Positions 1 through 9,540 are shown, counted from the first letter of the stretch. The stretch: DNA of 64,000 bases from an uncultured Desulfosarcina sp. (GCA_963674945.2 CAXXWQ010000001.1:160001-224000), one strand, 5' to 3'. The notes: a model not told the origin generated them from the letters alone. Numbers and translations are program-made.

Positions 1-271
1 AAGGGCGTTTGCCGTCAAAGGTGCCATTTCGGGCATCGCCGTCGGTGTGCTGATGGCAACCGGGTTTGGTTCCTGGTTATCACCGTTGGAGATGGTGGCG
101 GTAAGCCTCTTGATCTTGGCCGTTGGCTCTTTTCTGGCAATGAATTTTACTGGATGCACGCCGTTTACCTCTCCCACCGGTGTGGAAAAGGAGATGCGGC
201 GGGCCATTCCGGTACAGGCCGTGGGCGTTGTGATCGCCGCCATTTTATGGGTAGTCTCAGGTTTTTACTAA
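1..271 (+). CDS. hgcA: Mercury methylation corrinoid protein HgcA, C-terminal membrane part (5' truncated by window)
   Basis: Frame open from base 2: RAFAVKG...hydrophobic helices...MNFTGCTPFTSPTGVEKEMRRAIP, typical HgcA C-terminus; directly upstream of hgcB. Cap-helix motif lies outside the window. Confidence 0.88.
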   Translation, partial: RAFAVKGAISGIAVGVLMATGFGSWLSPLEMVAVSLLILAVGSFLAMNFTGCTPFTSPTGVEKEMRRAIPVQAVGVVIAAILWVVSGFY

Positions 272-274
272 GAA

Positions 275-415
275 GTGCCCATCCAGAAATGGCCAATTTG
301 CCCGATATTGGCGTTGCGCGAAAAATTTTATCCTCGAAATATCAACCATATGTCTCCGGTAAAATTTTTCGCGCGCCTTGATCTCAACCAAATTTGCCTA
401 TTTCTGGACAGACAC
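275..415 (+). mobile_element. Repeat family A, MITE-like element (141 bp) between hgcA and hgcB
   Basis: Imperfect terminal inverted repeats GTGCCCATCCAGAAAT / ATTTCTGGACAGACAC; flanking direct repeat TAAGAA at 269-274 and 416-421; related copies at 15756 and 42920. Confidence 0.8.
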
Positions 416-436
416 TAAGAAACAAGGAGGGGTGCG

Positions 437-730
437 GTGAAGACGTTTCGGTATCTTCCCGGAGTCTCGACCATCGAATACGACGAGGAACGTTGCATGG
501 GCTGCGGGTCCTGTGAGATTGTATGTCCCCATGCCGTGTTTGTCATGGACGGAAGAAAAGTCCGGCTGGTGGACCCGGACGGCTGCATGGAATGCGGTGC
601 CTGTGCATTGAATTGCCCCACCGAAGCCATTCGTGTGACGCCGGGTGTGGGCTGTGCCGCCTATATCATCTCCGGATGGATCCATGGCAAGGAAAACGCC
701 AGTTGTGGTGGGCCGGGGGGATGTTGCTGA
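437..730 (+). CDS. hgcB: Mercury methylation ferredoxin HgcB
   Basis: Two CxxCxxCxxxCP motifs including CMECGAC, then GVGCA and C-terminal CC; GTG start with AAGGAGG RBS. Confidence 0.93.
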   Translation: MKTFRYLPGVSTIEYDEERCMGCGSCEIVCPHAVFVMDGRKVRLVDPDGCMECGACALNCPTEAIRVTPGVGCAAYIISGWIHGKENASCGGPGGCC

Positions 731-755
731 CGAGTTCGGTGTTCCATCGTTTTTA

Positions 756-793
756 TGCCCGTCCAGAAATGGCAAGTTCGTCCGATATCTTCG
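756..793 (+). repeat. Truncated left end of repeat family A
   Basis: TGCCCGTCCAGAAATGGCAAGTTCGTCCGATATCTTCG aligns with the start of the 275 copy. Confidence 0.65.
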
Positions 794-833
794 AAGGAAT
801 TCGTTCATCAATACCTTATAAAAGTGCTTTATA

Positions 834-933
834 TAAAAAGCTTTTCCCAATCATGGGCCATCGGCAAAATAATGGACGAGTGAGTTTCATTCGCAATATT
901 GTTCGGCTATCTTTGACTCGGAAAAGCATTTTA
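834..933 (+). repeat. Repeat family B (~100 bp, TAAAAAGCTTTT inverted ends)
   Basis: Shares the termini and the internal CCATCGGCAAA and TTCGYAATAYTGT motifs with 15640-15737 (reverse) and 35309-35409. Confidence 0.75.
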
Positions 934-936
934 CGG

Positions 937-1140
937 CTACACCCGTTTTGCCTGCACCAGCTTGGCAAAATGTTCGAAGCTCCGGTCATAGGTTCGTTCG
1001 GCGTCATCGGGAAAGACGCAGGCCGGCAGTTGCCGCATTCTCACATGGTATTTGATGCAGTCGCAGCATACTCCTTTTCTTGCACAGGGTTCATAGGAGC
1101 AATTGCAATTTTCCAGGTTTTTCTCTTTCTTGCACTCCAT
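937..1140 (-). CDS. Small Cys-rich protein (DUF6485-like)
   Basis: 67 aa, 8 Cys, CNCSYEPCARKGVCCDC...LPAC; AGGAG RBS; coupled to the upstream HD gene. Confidence 0.8.
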   Translation of the reverse strand: MECKKEKNLENCNCSYEPCARKGVCCDCIKYHVRMRQLPACVFPDDAERTYDRSFEHFAKLVQAKRV

Positions 1141-1141
1141 T

Positions 1142-1720
1142 CTACGCGTCTCCTTTCAGTCCGATCTCATCTGCTACTTCACGCATGCCCATGATGGTAT
1201 CGGTGATCAGGTCACCCAATTCCACATCCAGCATCTCTGCGCCTTTCTGAATGATGGAACGGTCCACGCCGGCGGCAAAGCGCTTGTCCTTCCACTTCTT
1301 TTTCACGGATTTGGCCTTCATGTCCATGACGCTCTTTGTGGGTCGAACCAGAGCCGAGGTGGCCACGAGACCGGTCAATTCGTCGATGGCATAAAGGACT
1401 TTTTCCATCCGTGTCTCGGGTTTTACATCCGTGCAGATGCCCCAGCCATGGCTGACCACCGCTCTGATCAACTCCTCGGGCCATTGATTTTCCCGCAGGA
1501 TTTGTTCCGTTTTCCTACAGTGTTGGTCGGGAAACTGTTCGTAATCCAAGTCGTGGATCAGGCCTACCACACCCCAGGTTTCTTCGTCTTCCCCGTATTT
1601 TCTGGCCATGTAGCGCATCACCCCCTCCACGCAAAGGGCATGTTTGATCAAACTCTCACTCTTGTTGTAGCTCTTGAGCAAGGCCAGGGTATCTTCTCGA
1701 CTGGGAATCGGGCTGCTCAT
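1142..1720 (-). CDS. HD-superfamily (HDIG) hydrolase
   Basis: H...GLIHDLD...H...SH...DELTG motifs; GGAGG RBS. Confidence 0.9.
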   Translation of the reverse strand: MSSPIPSREDTLALLKSYNKSESLIKHALCVEGVMRYMARKYGEDEETWGVVGLIHDLDYEQFPDQHCRKTEQILRENQWPEELIRAVVSHGWGICTDVKPETRMEKVLYAIDELTGLVATSALVRPTKSVMDMKAKSVKKKWKDKRFAAGVDRSIIQKGAEMLDVELGDLITDTIMGMREVADEIGLKGDA

Positions 1721-2043
1721 CGTCGCCTCCTCCGATTAGCGTTGGATGGATGGTGATGAAAGATGGCAAAGGAATCAATGGCTCCACATGGAATTCTGAT
1801 GTATCACAAGGACGATCGGGCAACAACCCCATGGGGCCGTGAAAGCATGACACTTTTGTCCGGTCGGAATGAAACCTCTGCAGACGTCTCTTTCGGGGCG
1901 TTGATCATCGATTTTATATTTTTGCCTTTCAAATGCGGTCCCCCTGTTATTACCCGATGAGGGTTGCAATATGGCCAGGGATTGGTATGATCGCTTTTTT
2001 GCCGTTCATGGTGAAAAAATGTTCCCTTGCTTCGGAGTGTCCA

Positions 2044-2727
2044 TTGAAAATTGTCGTAACCAATGATGATGGATTCGATCAGCCCGGGTTGAAGACCCTG
2101 ATCGCATCGGTCCAATCTTTGGGAGAGATCACCGTAGTGGCACCGGCGACGCCGCAGTCCAATGTGGGGCATCGGGTGACCATGAGGGAGCCCATACCCG
2201 TGAAACGGACCGGAGAACGGTTTTATGTGGTCCATGGGACGCCGGCCGACTGCACTCGTCTGGCCATTAAAAAGTTCGTGCCCGATGTGAATTGGGTGAT
2301 TGCCGGAATCAATCCCGGTGCCAATCTCGGCAGTGACGTGTATCAATCGGGCACCGTCGCCGCAGCACGGGAGGCCGCCATCCTTGGCGTACGGTCCGTG
2401 GCCGTCTCCCAATACATCTCTCCCGAATGGGTCATCGACTGGCCCACCGTCCAACACCATGTCGAACCATGCATTGCAAAACTCGTCCATCAGCGGCTTT
2501 CGATCGGCGACTTCTGGAATATCAACCTTCCCAGCCCCATCACCGTCGGCGATGTTTTGGCCCATCGATTTTGCCCCCTGGACAAGCATCCACACCTTTA
2601 TGATTTTGTGGAGAAACAGGGCGTCTATCATTACGACGGAATCATTCATGATCGTCCCCGGACCGACGGCAGCGATGTGGATGTATGTTTTGGGGGCATG
2701 GTTTCAATTACCCGGATGGAGATGTAA
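2044..2727 (+). CDS. surE: 5'/3'-nucleotidase SurE paralog
   Basis: VTNDDG, GTPADC, GINPGANLG, SGTVAAAREA; TTG start inferred. Confidence 0.9.
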   Translation: MKIVVTNDDGFDQPGLKTLIASVQSLGEITVVAPATPQSNVGHRVTMREPIPVKRTGERFYVVHGTPADCTRLAIKKFVPDVNWVIAGINPGANLGSDVYQSGTVAAAREAAILGVRSVAVSQYISPEWVIDWPTVQHHVEPCIAKLVHQRLSIGDFWNINLPSPITVGDVLAHRFCPLDKHPHLYDFVEKQGVYHYDGIIHDRPRTDGSDVDVCFGGMVSITRMEM

Positions 2728-2731
2728 CCGG

Positions 2732-3280
2732 ATGAATTTTTGTTCCCACTGCGGCGGCACGGTTGTTCGGAAAGTACCTGAAAACGACAACATGTCCAGA
2801 TACATCTGCACATCCTGCGGCATGATCCACTATGAGAACCCCAAGCTGGTGGTGGGAAGTATCCCTGTCTGGGAGGACCGTATCCTCTTGTGCAAGCGGG
2901 ACATCGAGCCCCGAAAAGGCTTTTGGACCCTGCCCGCCGGTTTCCTGGAAAACGGAGAGACCACGGCGGACGGTGCCAGGCGGGAGACCCTGGAGGAGAC
3001 CGGGTCCACCATCGTCGACCTTACGCCCTATCTCATGGTCGATATCGTCTACATTCATCAGATCTACTTTATGTACCGCGCACGTCTCTCGGCGCCGGAT
3101 TTTCACCCGACCCCGGAAAGCGTCGAGGTGCGTCTTTTCGATGAGGCGTCCATTCCATGGAATGACATCGCCTTTTTGGTCATCGAGAAGACATTGCGAC
3201 AGTACTTCGCCGATCGTCCGTCGGGTCGTTTCGACTTTCGGATCGACAGGATCGATCCGCCCTCACGGAGTCTTTCTTGA
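2732..3280 (+). CDS. NUDIX hydrolase with N-terminal Zn ribbon
   Basis: FCSHCG...CTSCG...YENP; Nudix box GFLENGETTADGARRETLEETG. Confidence 0.92.
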   Translation: MNFCSHCGGTVVRKVPENDNMSRYICTSCGMIHYENPKLVVGSIPVWEDRILLCKRDIEPRKGFWTLPAGFLENGETTADGARRETLEETGSTIVDLTPYLMVDIVYIHQIYFMYRARLSAPDFHPTPESVEVRLFDEASIPWNDIAFLVIEKTLRQYFADRPSGRFDFRIDRIDPPSRSLS

Positions 3281-3301
3281 CTTTTTGATTCTGATCAATT
3301 C

Positions 3302-4171
3302 TCACCACTGCGGCTGCAAAGAACGAATAAACGACACCTCTTTGCGGTAGCGCTCGATGGTTTGGCGTTGGACGCAGAAGGGGTTGGCGGGCCGGTTGGG
3401 GATGGGGATACCGAATCGTTTTGCAAAGGGGGTCCGGTCCACTTTCATGTTATAGGCAGTCACCATCAAGGCTTCCAGATTGATGGCATCCTGCAGGTTG
3501 TAGGCGAGCAAGGTTTCCAAGGCATGCCTGTCGCCGTTTCGTAAATAGGCCTTCCAGAGCACCACCGCGAAAATACCGTCCACATCCGCAAGATTGTCTC
3601 GGTCGATTTCCAGCCGGGCCTCACAGCGCTTGAGTCCCCCCGTAAGGCCCAGGCTGGCCAGCACGTAGCGCAGGTCGATATGTGCATGGCTCATCTGGAT
3701 GCCAAAAAACCGTTCGATCACCGGAACATCGAAGCACTTTCCGTTATACGTCACCAAGAGGGAATATCTTCGGATGTCCGCAATGAAATCGTCGAGGTTC
3801 TGTCCGTTTACGTAGGTCGACATGGTCGAGCCGTCGTAGACGGCGATGGTGGAGATGTCGCAGTCGTTTTCAAGCCCGGTGGTTTCGATGTCCAGGTAGG
3901 CGGTCTCATCCCGGAATTGATCAAACAGGCGCCACTGCTGGCCGGCGGGAAGGCGGCTGGCGAAGAATTGCGGACTGCGACGATCCAGCGCATGACTGGA
4001 GTCAACCAGGGCCGCTTCGATCTGGCGGCGCCTGGAATCGGTGACCTTCAGGGACCCGTTACCAGAAAATGCGTCCCAGTCATCCACGCCGGCCGCCCAA
4101 AACCCCTGTTCGGTTTTCGGTCCGACACCGGGAATATGAATGAATGTTTGTCGTAGCATCCAATGGCTCAT
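3302..4171 (-). CDS. RNase H-like (YprB-type) exonuclease domain protein
   Basis: YLDIETTG, YNGKCFD, GGLK, YNLQD motifs. Confidence 0.85.
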   Translation of the reverse strand: MSHWMLRQTFIHIPGVGPKTEQGFWAAGVDDWDAFSGNGSLKVTDSRRRQIEAALVDSSHALDRRSPQFFASRLPAGQQWRLFDQFRDETAYLDIETTGLENDCDISTIAVYDGSTMSTYVNGQNLDDFIADIRRYSLLVTYNGKCFDVPVIERFFGIQMSHAHIDLRYVLASLGLTGGLKRCEARLEIDRDNLADVDGIFAVVLWKAYLRNGDRHALETLLAYNLQDAINLEALMVTAYNMKVDRTPFAKRFGIPIPNRPANPFCVQRQTIERYRKEVSFIRSLQPQW

Positions 4172-4311
4172 AGCCTTTTTGGGCGGAAATTGGAATCCCT
4201 TTGCTGGGAAGTTACCGGAATCGGTTTGTCACCGGCCTGGTTTTTTTATATACAAACGATCCTGCGGCGCTTTGGCTTTACACATGTAGTCGATTCCGAT
4301 ATGAATGAACC

Positions 4312-6105
4312 ATGATTGACCTAAGAAAATTCAACCCCACTTACATTCAGGCAAAGGCCCCGGAAATATTCACCATCGCAAAAAACATCACATGTGTGGA
4401 TGACTTGCGGGCAAGCCTCTCCCGTCTTGCCAATGACATGATGTTCGAAGCCTTCGACGATTATGACACTTTTACGGAAGGGTCGGTCCTGCGGGTGAGG
4501 GACTGTGCCAAGGTGATGATCCGGTTGATGACCCGGAGAAGTGAGGACATGGCCAATTTTTCCGTGGCACAGGCGATCCTGGACATCGCCCAGGGAAAAG
4601 GCCGGCCGGACCTGGCACCAGCCTTCTATGCCGAACTGCTCTACCTGATACTGGGGCTCCAAGGGCGCGGTCCCGGTCGGGCGCTGGCGGACCTGCACCT
4701 GATTCCCAGCCGTCTGGAACACCGCGAGGCGGCCCTGGAACGGTCACGGCAATTGGACGACCTTTATGCGGAAGTGAACCTGCGAATGGCGAAGTTTGTT
4801 TCCGGTATGGACGAAGCTTCCGTGAACCGAAGGCTTCTGCGTCGTCAGCGGATACTGGATCGGCTCAAGGCGACAAAGAAGGATTGGGAAGACTGGAACT
4901 GGCAGGTTGACCATATTCTTCGTGACACCGAAGAGATCGCCGGATTGGTGACCCTGCGGGAAGAAGAGTATAATGCCATCGAAATGGCAAGGAAAAATGG
5001 CATTCCCTTTGGTATTACGCCCCATTATTTGTCCCTCATGGACGATACACCAGAAGAGGGCCGTGACATCGCCATCCGCGCCCAGGTGATTCCCCCCCTC
5101 TCCTACGTGGAGAAGATGAGCAAGGCCCAGAGATTCGGCCACTGCCTGGATTTCATGCTCGAGTCGGATACTTCGCCCATCGACCTGGTCACCCGGCGGT
5201 ATCCGTCCATTTGCATATTCAAGCCTTTCAACACGTGCCCCCAGATTTGCATCTATTGTCAACGCAACTGGGAGATCGACGACGCAATGGAGCCGGGTGC
5301 CCTGGCGCCGGAGAAGAAGATCGAAGAGGCTATCCGCTGGATTCGCCGTCATCCCGCCATCCATGAGGTATTGCTCACCGGTGGTGATCCCCTTGCCATG
5401 GCAGACGAAAAAATCGAAGATATCATGCGTCGCATCGCAGACATTTCGACCATCGAGCGTATACGCATCGGTTCCCGCACGCCGGTCACCCTTCCCATGC
5501 GAATCACCGAATCCCTTGCCGATTTGCTTGCACGTTTTCGACAGCCCGGTAGACGTCAGGTCACCTTGGTCACACACGTGCAGCACAGCTATGAACTCAC
5601 GCCCCAGACCGTCGAAGCGGTGAACCGCCTGAGAAAGAGAGGCATCCCGGTATACAATCAACTGGTCTATACCTTCTTCGCATCCCGTCGTTTCGAGGCA
5701 GCTCACCTGCGCAGGAACCTCACGCGCGTTGGCATCGATCCATATTACACCTTCAACACCAAGGGAAAGGAGGAAACCCTCGAGTATCGTGTTCCCATCG
5801 CAAGATTGCTGCAAGAGCAAAAGGAGGAGGCAAGGCTGTTGCCCGGTCTCGCCAGAACGGATGAGGCGGTTTACAATGTTCCCGGTCTTGGAAAAAACTA
5901 CCTCCGTGGCAGTGTTCATCGGGATTTGATCTCCATTTTGCCAGATGGGTCCAGACTCTATGAGTTTCATCCGTGGGAAAAAAACATCTCCAACGCCGCA
6001 AAGACACATTTAAGTGAAGATGTGCCCATTCTCGATTACCTGTTGCGCTTGGACGCCATGGGCGAAAACGTCTATGATTATGGAACAATCTGGTATTATT
6101 ACTGA
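4312..6105 (+). CDS. KamA-family radical SAM protein (aminomutase-like) with long N-terminal extension
   Basis: WEDWNWQ, ITPHYL, CPQICIYCQR, LLTGGDPL, IRIGSRTP. Confidence 0.88.
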   Translation: MIDLRKFNPTYIQAKAPEIFTIAKNITCVDDLRASLSRLANDMMFEAFDDYDTFTEGSVLRVRDCAKVMIRLMTRRSEDMANFSVAQAILDIAQGKGRPDLAPAFYAELLYLILGLQGRGPGRALADLHLIPSRLEHREAALERSRQLDDLYAEVNLRMAKFVSGMDEASVNRRLLRRQRILDRLKATKKDWEDWNWQVDHILRDTEEIAGLVTLREEEYNAIEMARKNGIPFGITPHYLSLMDDTPEEGRDIAIRAQVIPPLSYVEKMSKAQRFGHCLDFMLESDTSPIDLVTRRYPSICIFKPFNTCPQICIYCQRNWEIDDAMEPGALAPEKKIEEAIRWIRRHPAIHEVLLTGGDPLAMADEKIEDIMRRIADISTIERIRIGSRTPVTLPMRITESLADLLARFRQPGRRQVTLVTHVQHSYELTPQTVEAVNRLRKRGIPVYNQLVYTFFASRRFEAAHLRRNLTRVGIDPYYTFNTKGKEETLEYRVPIARLLQEQKEEARLLPGLARTDEAVYNVPGLGKNYLRGSVHRDLISILPDGSRLYEFHPWEKNISNAAKTHLSEDVPILDYLLRLDAMGENVYDYGTIWYYY

Positions 6106-6250
6106 TAGACTTGATCGTCGTGCAATTCTTACCGAAAAAGCGATTTGCACCAAATTGTTAGGTTGCCAGGGACGATTTCATTGCATATACAGGTCGAACC
6201 GGTAATCAAGGAAGGATCTTTTTGGCACCCCCACAGACAGGAAGGCAACC

Positions 6251-6934
6251 TTGCTCGGAACCATCGTCAATACCTTGAGTATCATCGCGGGAAGTCTGAT
6301 CGGAATGCTTTTTCGGGGCGCGATACCCGAAAAGTTCAGCGACACCATCATGCACGCCGTCGGGCTTGCAGTGATATTGATCGGCTTGAAAACGGCGCTC
6401 TCCACCGATGATATCCTGATGGTCATCGTGAGCCTTGCCATCGGCGGTTTGATCGGCGAACTACTCGCGTTGGAGGACCGCCTGGCATCGCTGGGAAACT
6501 GGATCGGCAACCGTATCTCCAAGGAGAGTCATGGCATATCCAAGGGTTTCGTGAATTCCAGCCTTCTTTTTTGCGTTGGGGCCATGGCCATTGTGGGCTC
6601 GCTGGAGAGTGGCCTGTCGGGCAACCACCAGACGCTGTTTGCCAAATCCATCCTCGATGGAATCGGATCGGTATTGTTTGCTTCCACTTTTGGGGTCGGG
6701 GTGTTGTTTTCGGCGGTCTCCGTCTTCGTATATCAGGGGCTGATTACCGTGACGGCATCCCTTGTCAAGGATCTTTTGTCACCGGCGGTCGTTTCCCAGA
6801 TGTCCGCCGTCGGCGGTCTTCTCATCATGGCTATCGGATTGGGGCTATTGGAGATAAAGAGAATAAAGATCGGCAACATGCTGCCGGCCATCTTCATTCC
6901 CTTCGTTTATCAGGTCATTCTCTTTTTCCTATAG
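6251..6934 (+). CDS. DUF554/YdfK-family membrane protein
   Basis: GTIVN, LFCVGAMAIVGS, KSILDG, YQG, NMLPA. Confidence 0.88.
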   Translation: MLGTIVNTLSIIAGSLIGMLFRGAIPEKFSDTIMHAVGLAVILIGLKTALSTDDILMVIVSLAIGGLIGELLALEDRLASLGNWIGNRISKESHGISKGFVNSSLLFCVGAMAIVGSLESGLSGNHQTLFAKSILDGIGSVLFASTFGVGVLFSAVSVFVYQGLITVTASLVKDLLSPAVVSQMSAVGGLLIMAIGLGLLEIKRIKIGNMLPAIFIPFVYQVILFFL

Positions 6935-6976
6935 ATACTGCGGCCGCTGTAATTTACTCACTTTTGATTTTTGGTT

Positions 6977-8038
6977 TTACTCTTTTTCCAGAAAGTGGCA
7001 ATGTGCCTTGCCATAGCGTTGCTCGCATAAAATTCGTGCGTCTTTTTCTTTTGTATGGGACGCGTCACCGATGATGGTATGTTTTTCCAATTGTGGAGAA
7101 TAATCGCTTGCCGGGACGGTCCTTCCCAACGCTTCCGCCATGGCCCGAACGTGGTGGGGGCCCGACCCGCAGCAGGAGCCGATATAGTTTATGCCGATTT
7201 TTTCGGCTTTCACCGCATAATCCGCCATTTCCGTTCTTGTCAGAACAAACGGGTCGAGTTCCAATGGAAAGGCGACATGTCCGTCAATTTCCTGAATTTG
7301 GAAGTATGGCTTTTCGTTAGAACATCTGTATGCAACCGGCTGTGTAGCGACGAAGCAACTGACGGCATTTCGTACTCGTTCGGCTAACGGGAGAACTCTT
7401 TCAGGATCACGGAAGCAGTTGATGCCGACGATCTCGGCGCCATTATCTTCGAGTATTTTGAAAGATTCCTCCAAGAGAACGCCTTCCAACGTCTTGTCGT
7501 CTCTTTTGAATCCCAACGTGATCATGGCAGGCAATCCTGCGTCTTTGATCGCCTCCAGCGCAATTTTTGCTTCGCCGAGATATTCAATTGTTTCGGCGAT
7601 GAAAAAGTCGACCCCTTCATCGCTTTGATATTGTATCTGCTTATCAAATTGATGCCTGGTTTCCCCATGGGTCGAGGTGTTTCCAGGTTCGTATGACCAC
7701 GTGTTGCATATATTACCGGCCACAAGCGTGTCGTACCGATCGGCAACCCGGCGTGCGATTCTTACCGCTTGGGCGTTTATCTCCTCTAAAACTGACGTCA
7801 GCCCGACAACTTTTAATTTTTCTTCATGTGCGTAATAGGTACAGGCCTGCAATACTTGTGCTCCGGCACGGGCAAAGTCAATTTGCAGTTGCTTGACGGC
7901 ATCAGGATGCTCGATCACGGCTTGCGGGGTGAACGGCCCGGCACTCACATATCCTCTTCGTTCAAGCTCGAATATCGTACCACCATCGCCGAGGACAACA
8001 CCTTCTTCCAGTTTTTTCAGTATCGAATTGTTTGTCAT
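6977..8038 (-). CDS. Homocysteine S-methyltransferase, betaine-homocysteine methyltransferase-like
   Basis: GDGG..FELERRGY, GPFTPQAV, GINC and GSCCG Zn ligands. Confidence 0.88.
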   Translation of the reverse strand: MTNNSILKKLEEGVVLGDGGTIFELERRGYVSAGPFTPQAVIEHPDAVKQLQIDFARAGAQVLQACTYYAHEEKLKVVGLTSVLEEINAQAVRIARRVADRYDTLVAGNICNTWSYEPGNTSTHGETRHQFDKQIQYQSDEGVDFFIAETIEYLGEAKIALEAIKDAGLPAMITLGFKRDDKTLEGVLLEESFKILEDNGAEIVGINCFRDPERVLPLAERVRNAVSCFVATQPVAYRCSNEKPYFQIQEIDGHVAFPLELDPFVLTRTEMADYAVKAEKIGINYIGSCCGSGPHHVRAMAEALGRTVPASDYSPQLEKHTIIGDASHTKEKDARILCEQRYGKAHCHFLEKE

Positions 8039-8090
8039 ATTCTCATCCTCATTAGTAACGAACGAAATGTGGTGAAATTCCCAAAAATCA

Positions 8091-8486
8091 TCATTTTTCA
8101 GGTTCTTCCATAAGAGTTCTTTTCAACATGATCATTTCCGTCTTGTTCTCATATACTTTTTTCAAAAGAACCGTTGAAGATGTTCCGACCTCCCCGCGAA
8201 GACTGTTGCGAACGATATCTTCGAGCGTCCTTCCGGCGGTTGCTTCACCATCGATCTCCAATAGAACATCACCTGACCGAATACCCGATTTGTAAGCCTC
8301 TTTACCGGGCAACACGTGTAAAACGACGATTCCTCCAAGATTCCCGGGGGCCGCGCCATCGTATAACTGGGCAACGACGAGTCCAAACCCGCCGAAGGAC
8401 GCACCATTTGCCATCAGCGGCATGAAATAGAGCAGGCCGAGCAAAGCGATGATTTTCAATTTCATGGCAAAGCGAAGGTTTTTCAT
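8091..8486 (-). CDS. Exported single-PDZ-domain protein
   Basis: Signal peptide; FGGFGL...AYKSGIRSGDVLLEIDG...LRGEVGT. Confidence 0.8.
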   Translation of the reverse strand: MKNLRFAMKLKIIALLGLLYFMPLMANGASFGGFGLVVAQLYDGAAPGNLGGIVVLHVLPGKEAYKSGIRSGDVLLEIDGEATAGRTLEDIVRNSLRGEVGTSSTVLLKKVYENKTEMIMLKRTLMEEPEK

Positions 8487-8967
8487 TTCGTGCCCCCCTG
8501 GAGAACATTCAAAGGCAATCCATGGATGCGTGAGGCCAGCCTTTTCGGCTCTCTGTTTCCCTTTTTTCTATACATCAAGCGCTGGGCATGGCTTTCTTGA
8601 AGAAGTGATATTCGGACTATGGACGGAACCGTCCGCCCGTTTTTCATTCGTAACGCCGTCACGTGAGATCGGAATGGGTTGTTTTGGTAAAACTGTTCGG
8701 ATATCAGCCAGAACAGTTTGACGCCCTTTACCGCCGGCCATAATGACAGCGTAACCAATTGTCTGTGATCGTTCAACTTGTTTTTTGTCCGTTTTCTGGC
8801 GGATGGATGACGAATCCTTCCCATAAACCGGGACGCACTATGCGGTGCAAGGGAAATTTCCCGTCAAACGGCTTTTAAAGAAAAATGTGCTGATGTATAC
8901 TTCTTCGAACATCAACCAATTACGAAGCCGTCAACCTTTGCGTTTATCCGATACAAGGAGGCCGCTG

Positions 8968-9522
8968 ATGGAAAAGCGTGTTCTGGTACCCGTTGCCGAC
9001 GGTACCGAGGAGTTGGAAGCCGTGGCCATCATCGACATTCTGCGCCGGGCCGGTGCCGACGTTACCATCGCTTCAGTATCCGGCAGTCGCCAGGTAACCT
9101 GCTCGCGGAAAGTGATCATCGTCGCCGATGCAACCATCGAGGAATGCGAAGACAAGGCCTATGACCTGGTAGTGCTTCCCGGGGGCATCCCCGGTGCCGA
9201 GCACCTTCGGGATTCAAAACCCTTGATTCGGATCCTGCGTCGACAGCGATCTTCGGATGGTCTCTATGGCGCCATCTGTGCGAGCCCGGCAGTTGTTTTG
9301 GAGCCCCATGGACTCCTGGAAGGAAAAAAGGCCACCTGCCATCCCGGATTCGTGGACCGGCTTTCGAACCTGGAGCGCGTGGAAGAGATGGTTGTGGTGG
9401 ATGGCAACTGCCTGACCAGTCGCGGTCCGGGAACCGCCGTGGCCTTCGCCCTCGAACTGGTGGCGCGTTTGTACACAACGGCAAAGAGAGACGATGTCGC
9501 CGGACCGATGGTACTTCAATAA
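8968..9522 (+). CDS. DJ-1/ThiJ/YajL family glyoxalase
   Basis: GTEELEA, LPGG, AICASP, TSRGPGTA; AAGGAGG RBS. Confidence 0.92.
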   Translation: MEKRVLVPVADGTEELEAVAIIDILRRAGADVTIASVSGSRQVTCSRKVIIVADATIEECEDKAYDLVVLPGGIPGAEHLRDSKPLIRILRRQRSSDGLYGAICASPAVVLEPHGLLEGKKATCHPGFVDRLSNLERVEEMVVVDGNCLTSRGPGTAVAFALELVARLYTTAKRDDVAGPMVLQ

Positions 9523-9540
9523 GATGAAAGGATCATAAAT

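Noticed and set aside
728..790. Selenocysteine readthrough of the hgcB TGA after CC
   Set aside because: HgcB normally ends near the CC; no convincing SECIS-like hairpin, and the readthrough runs into repeat DNA
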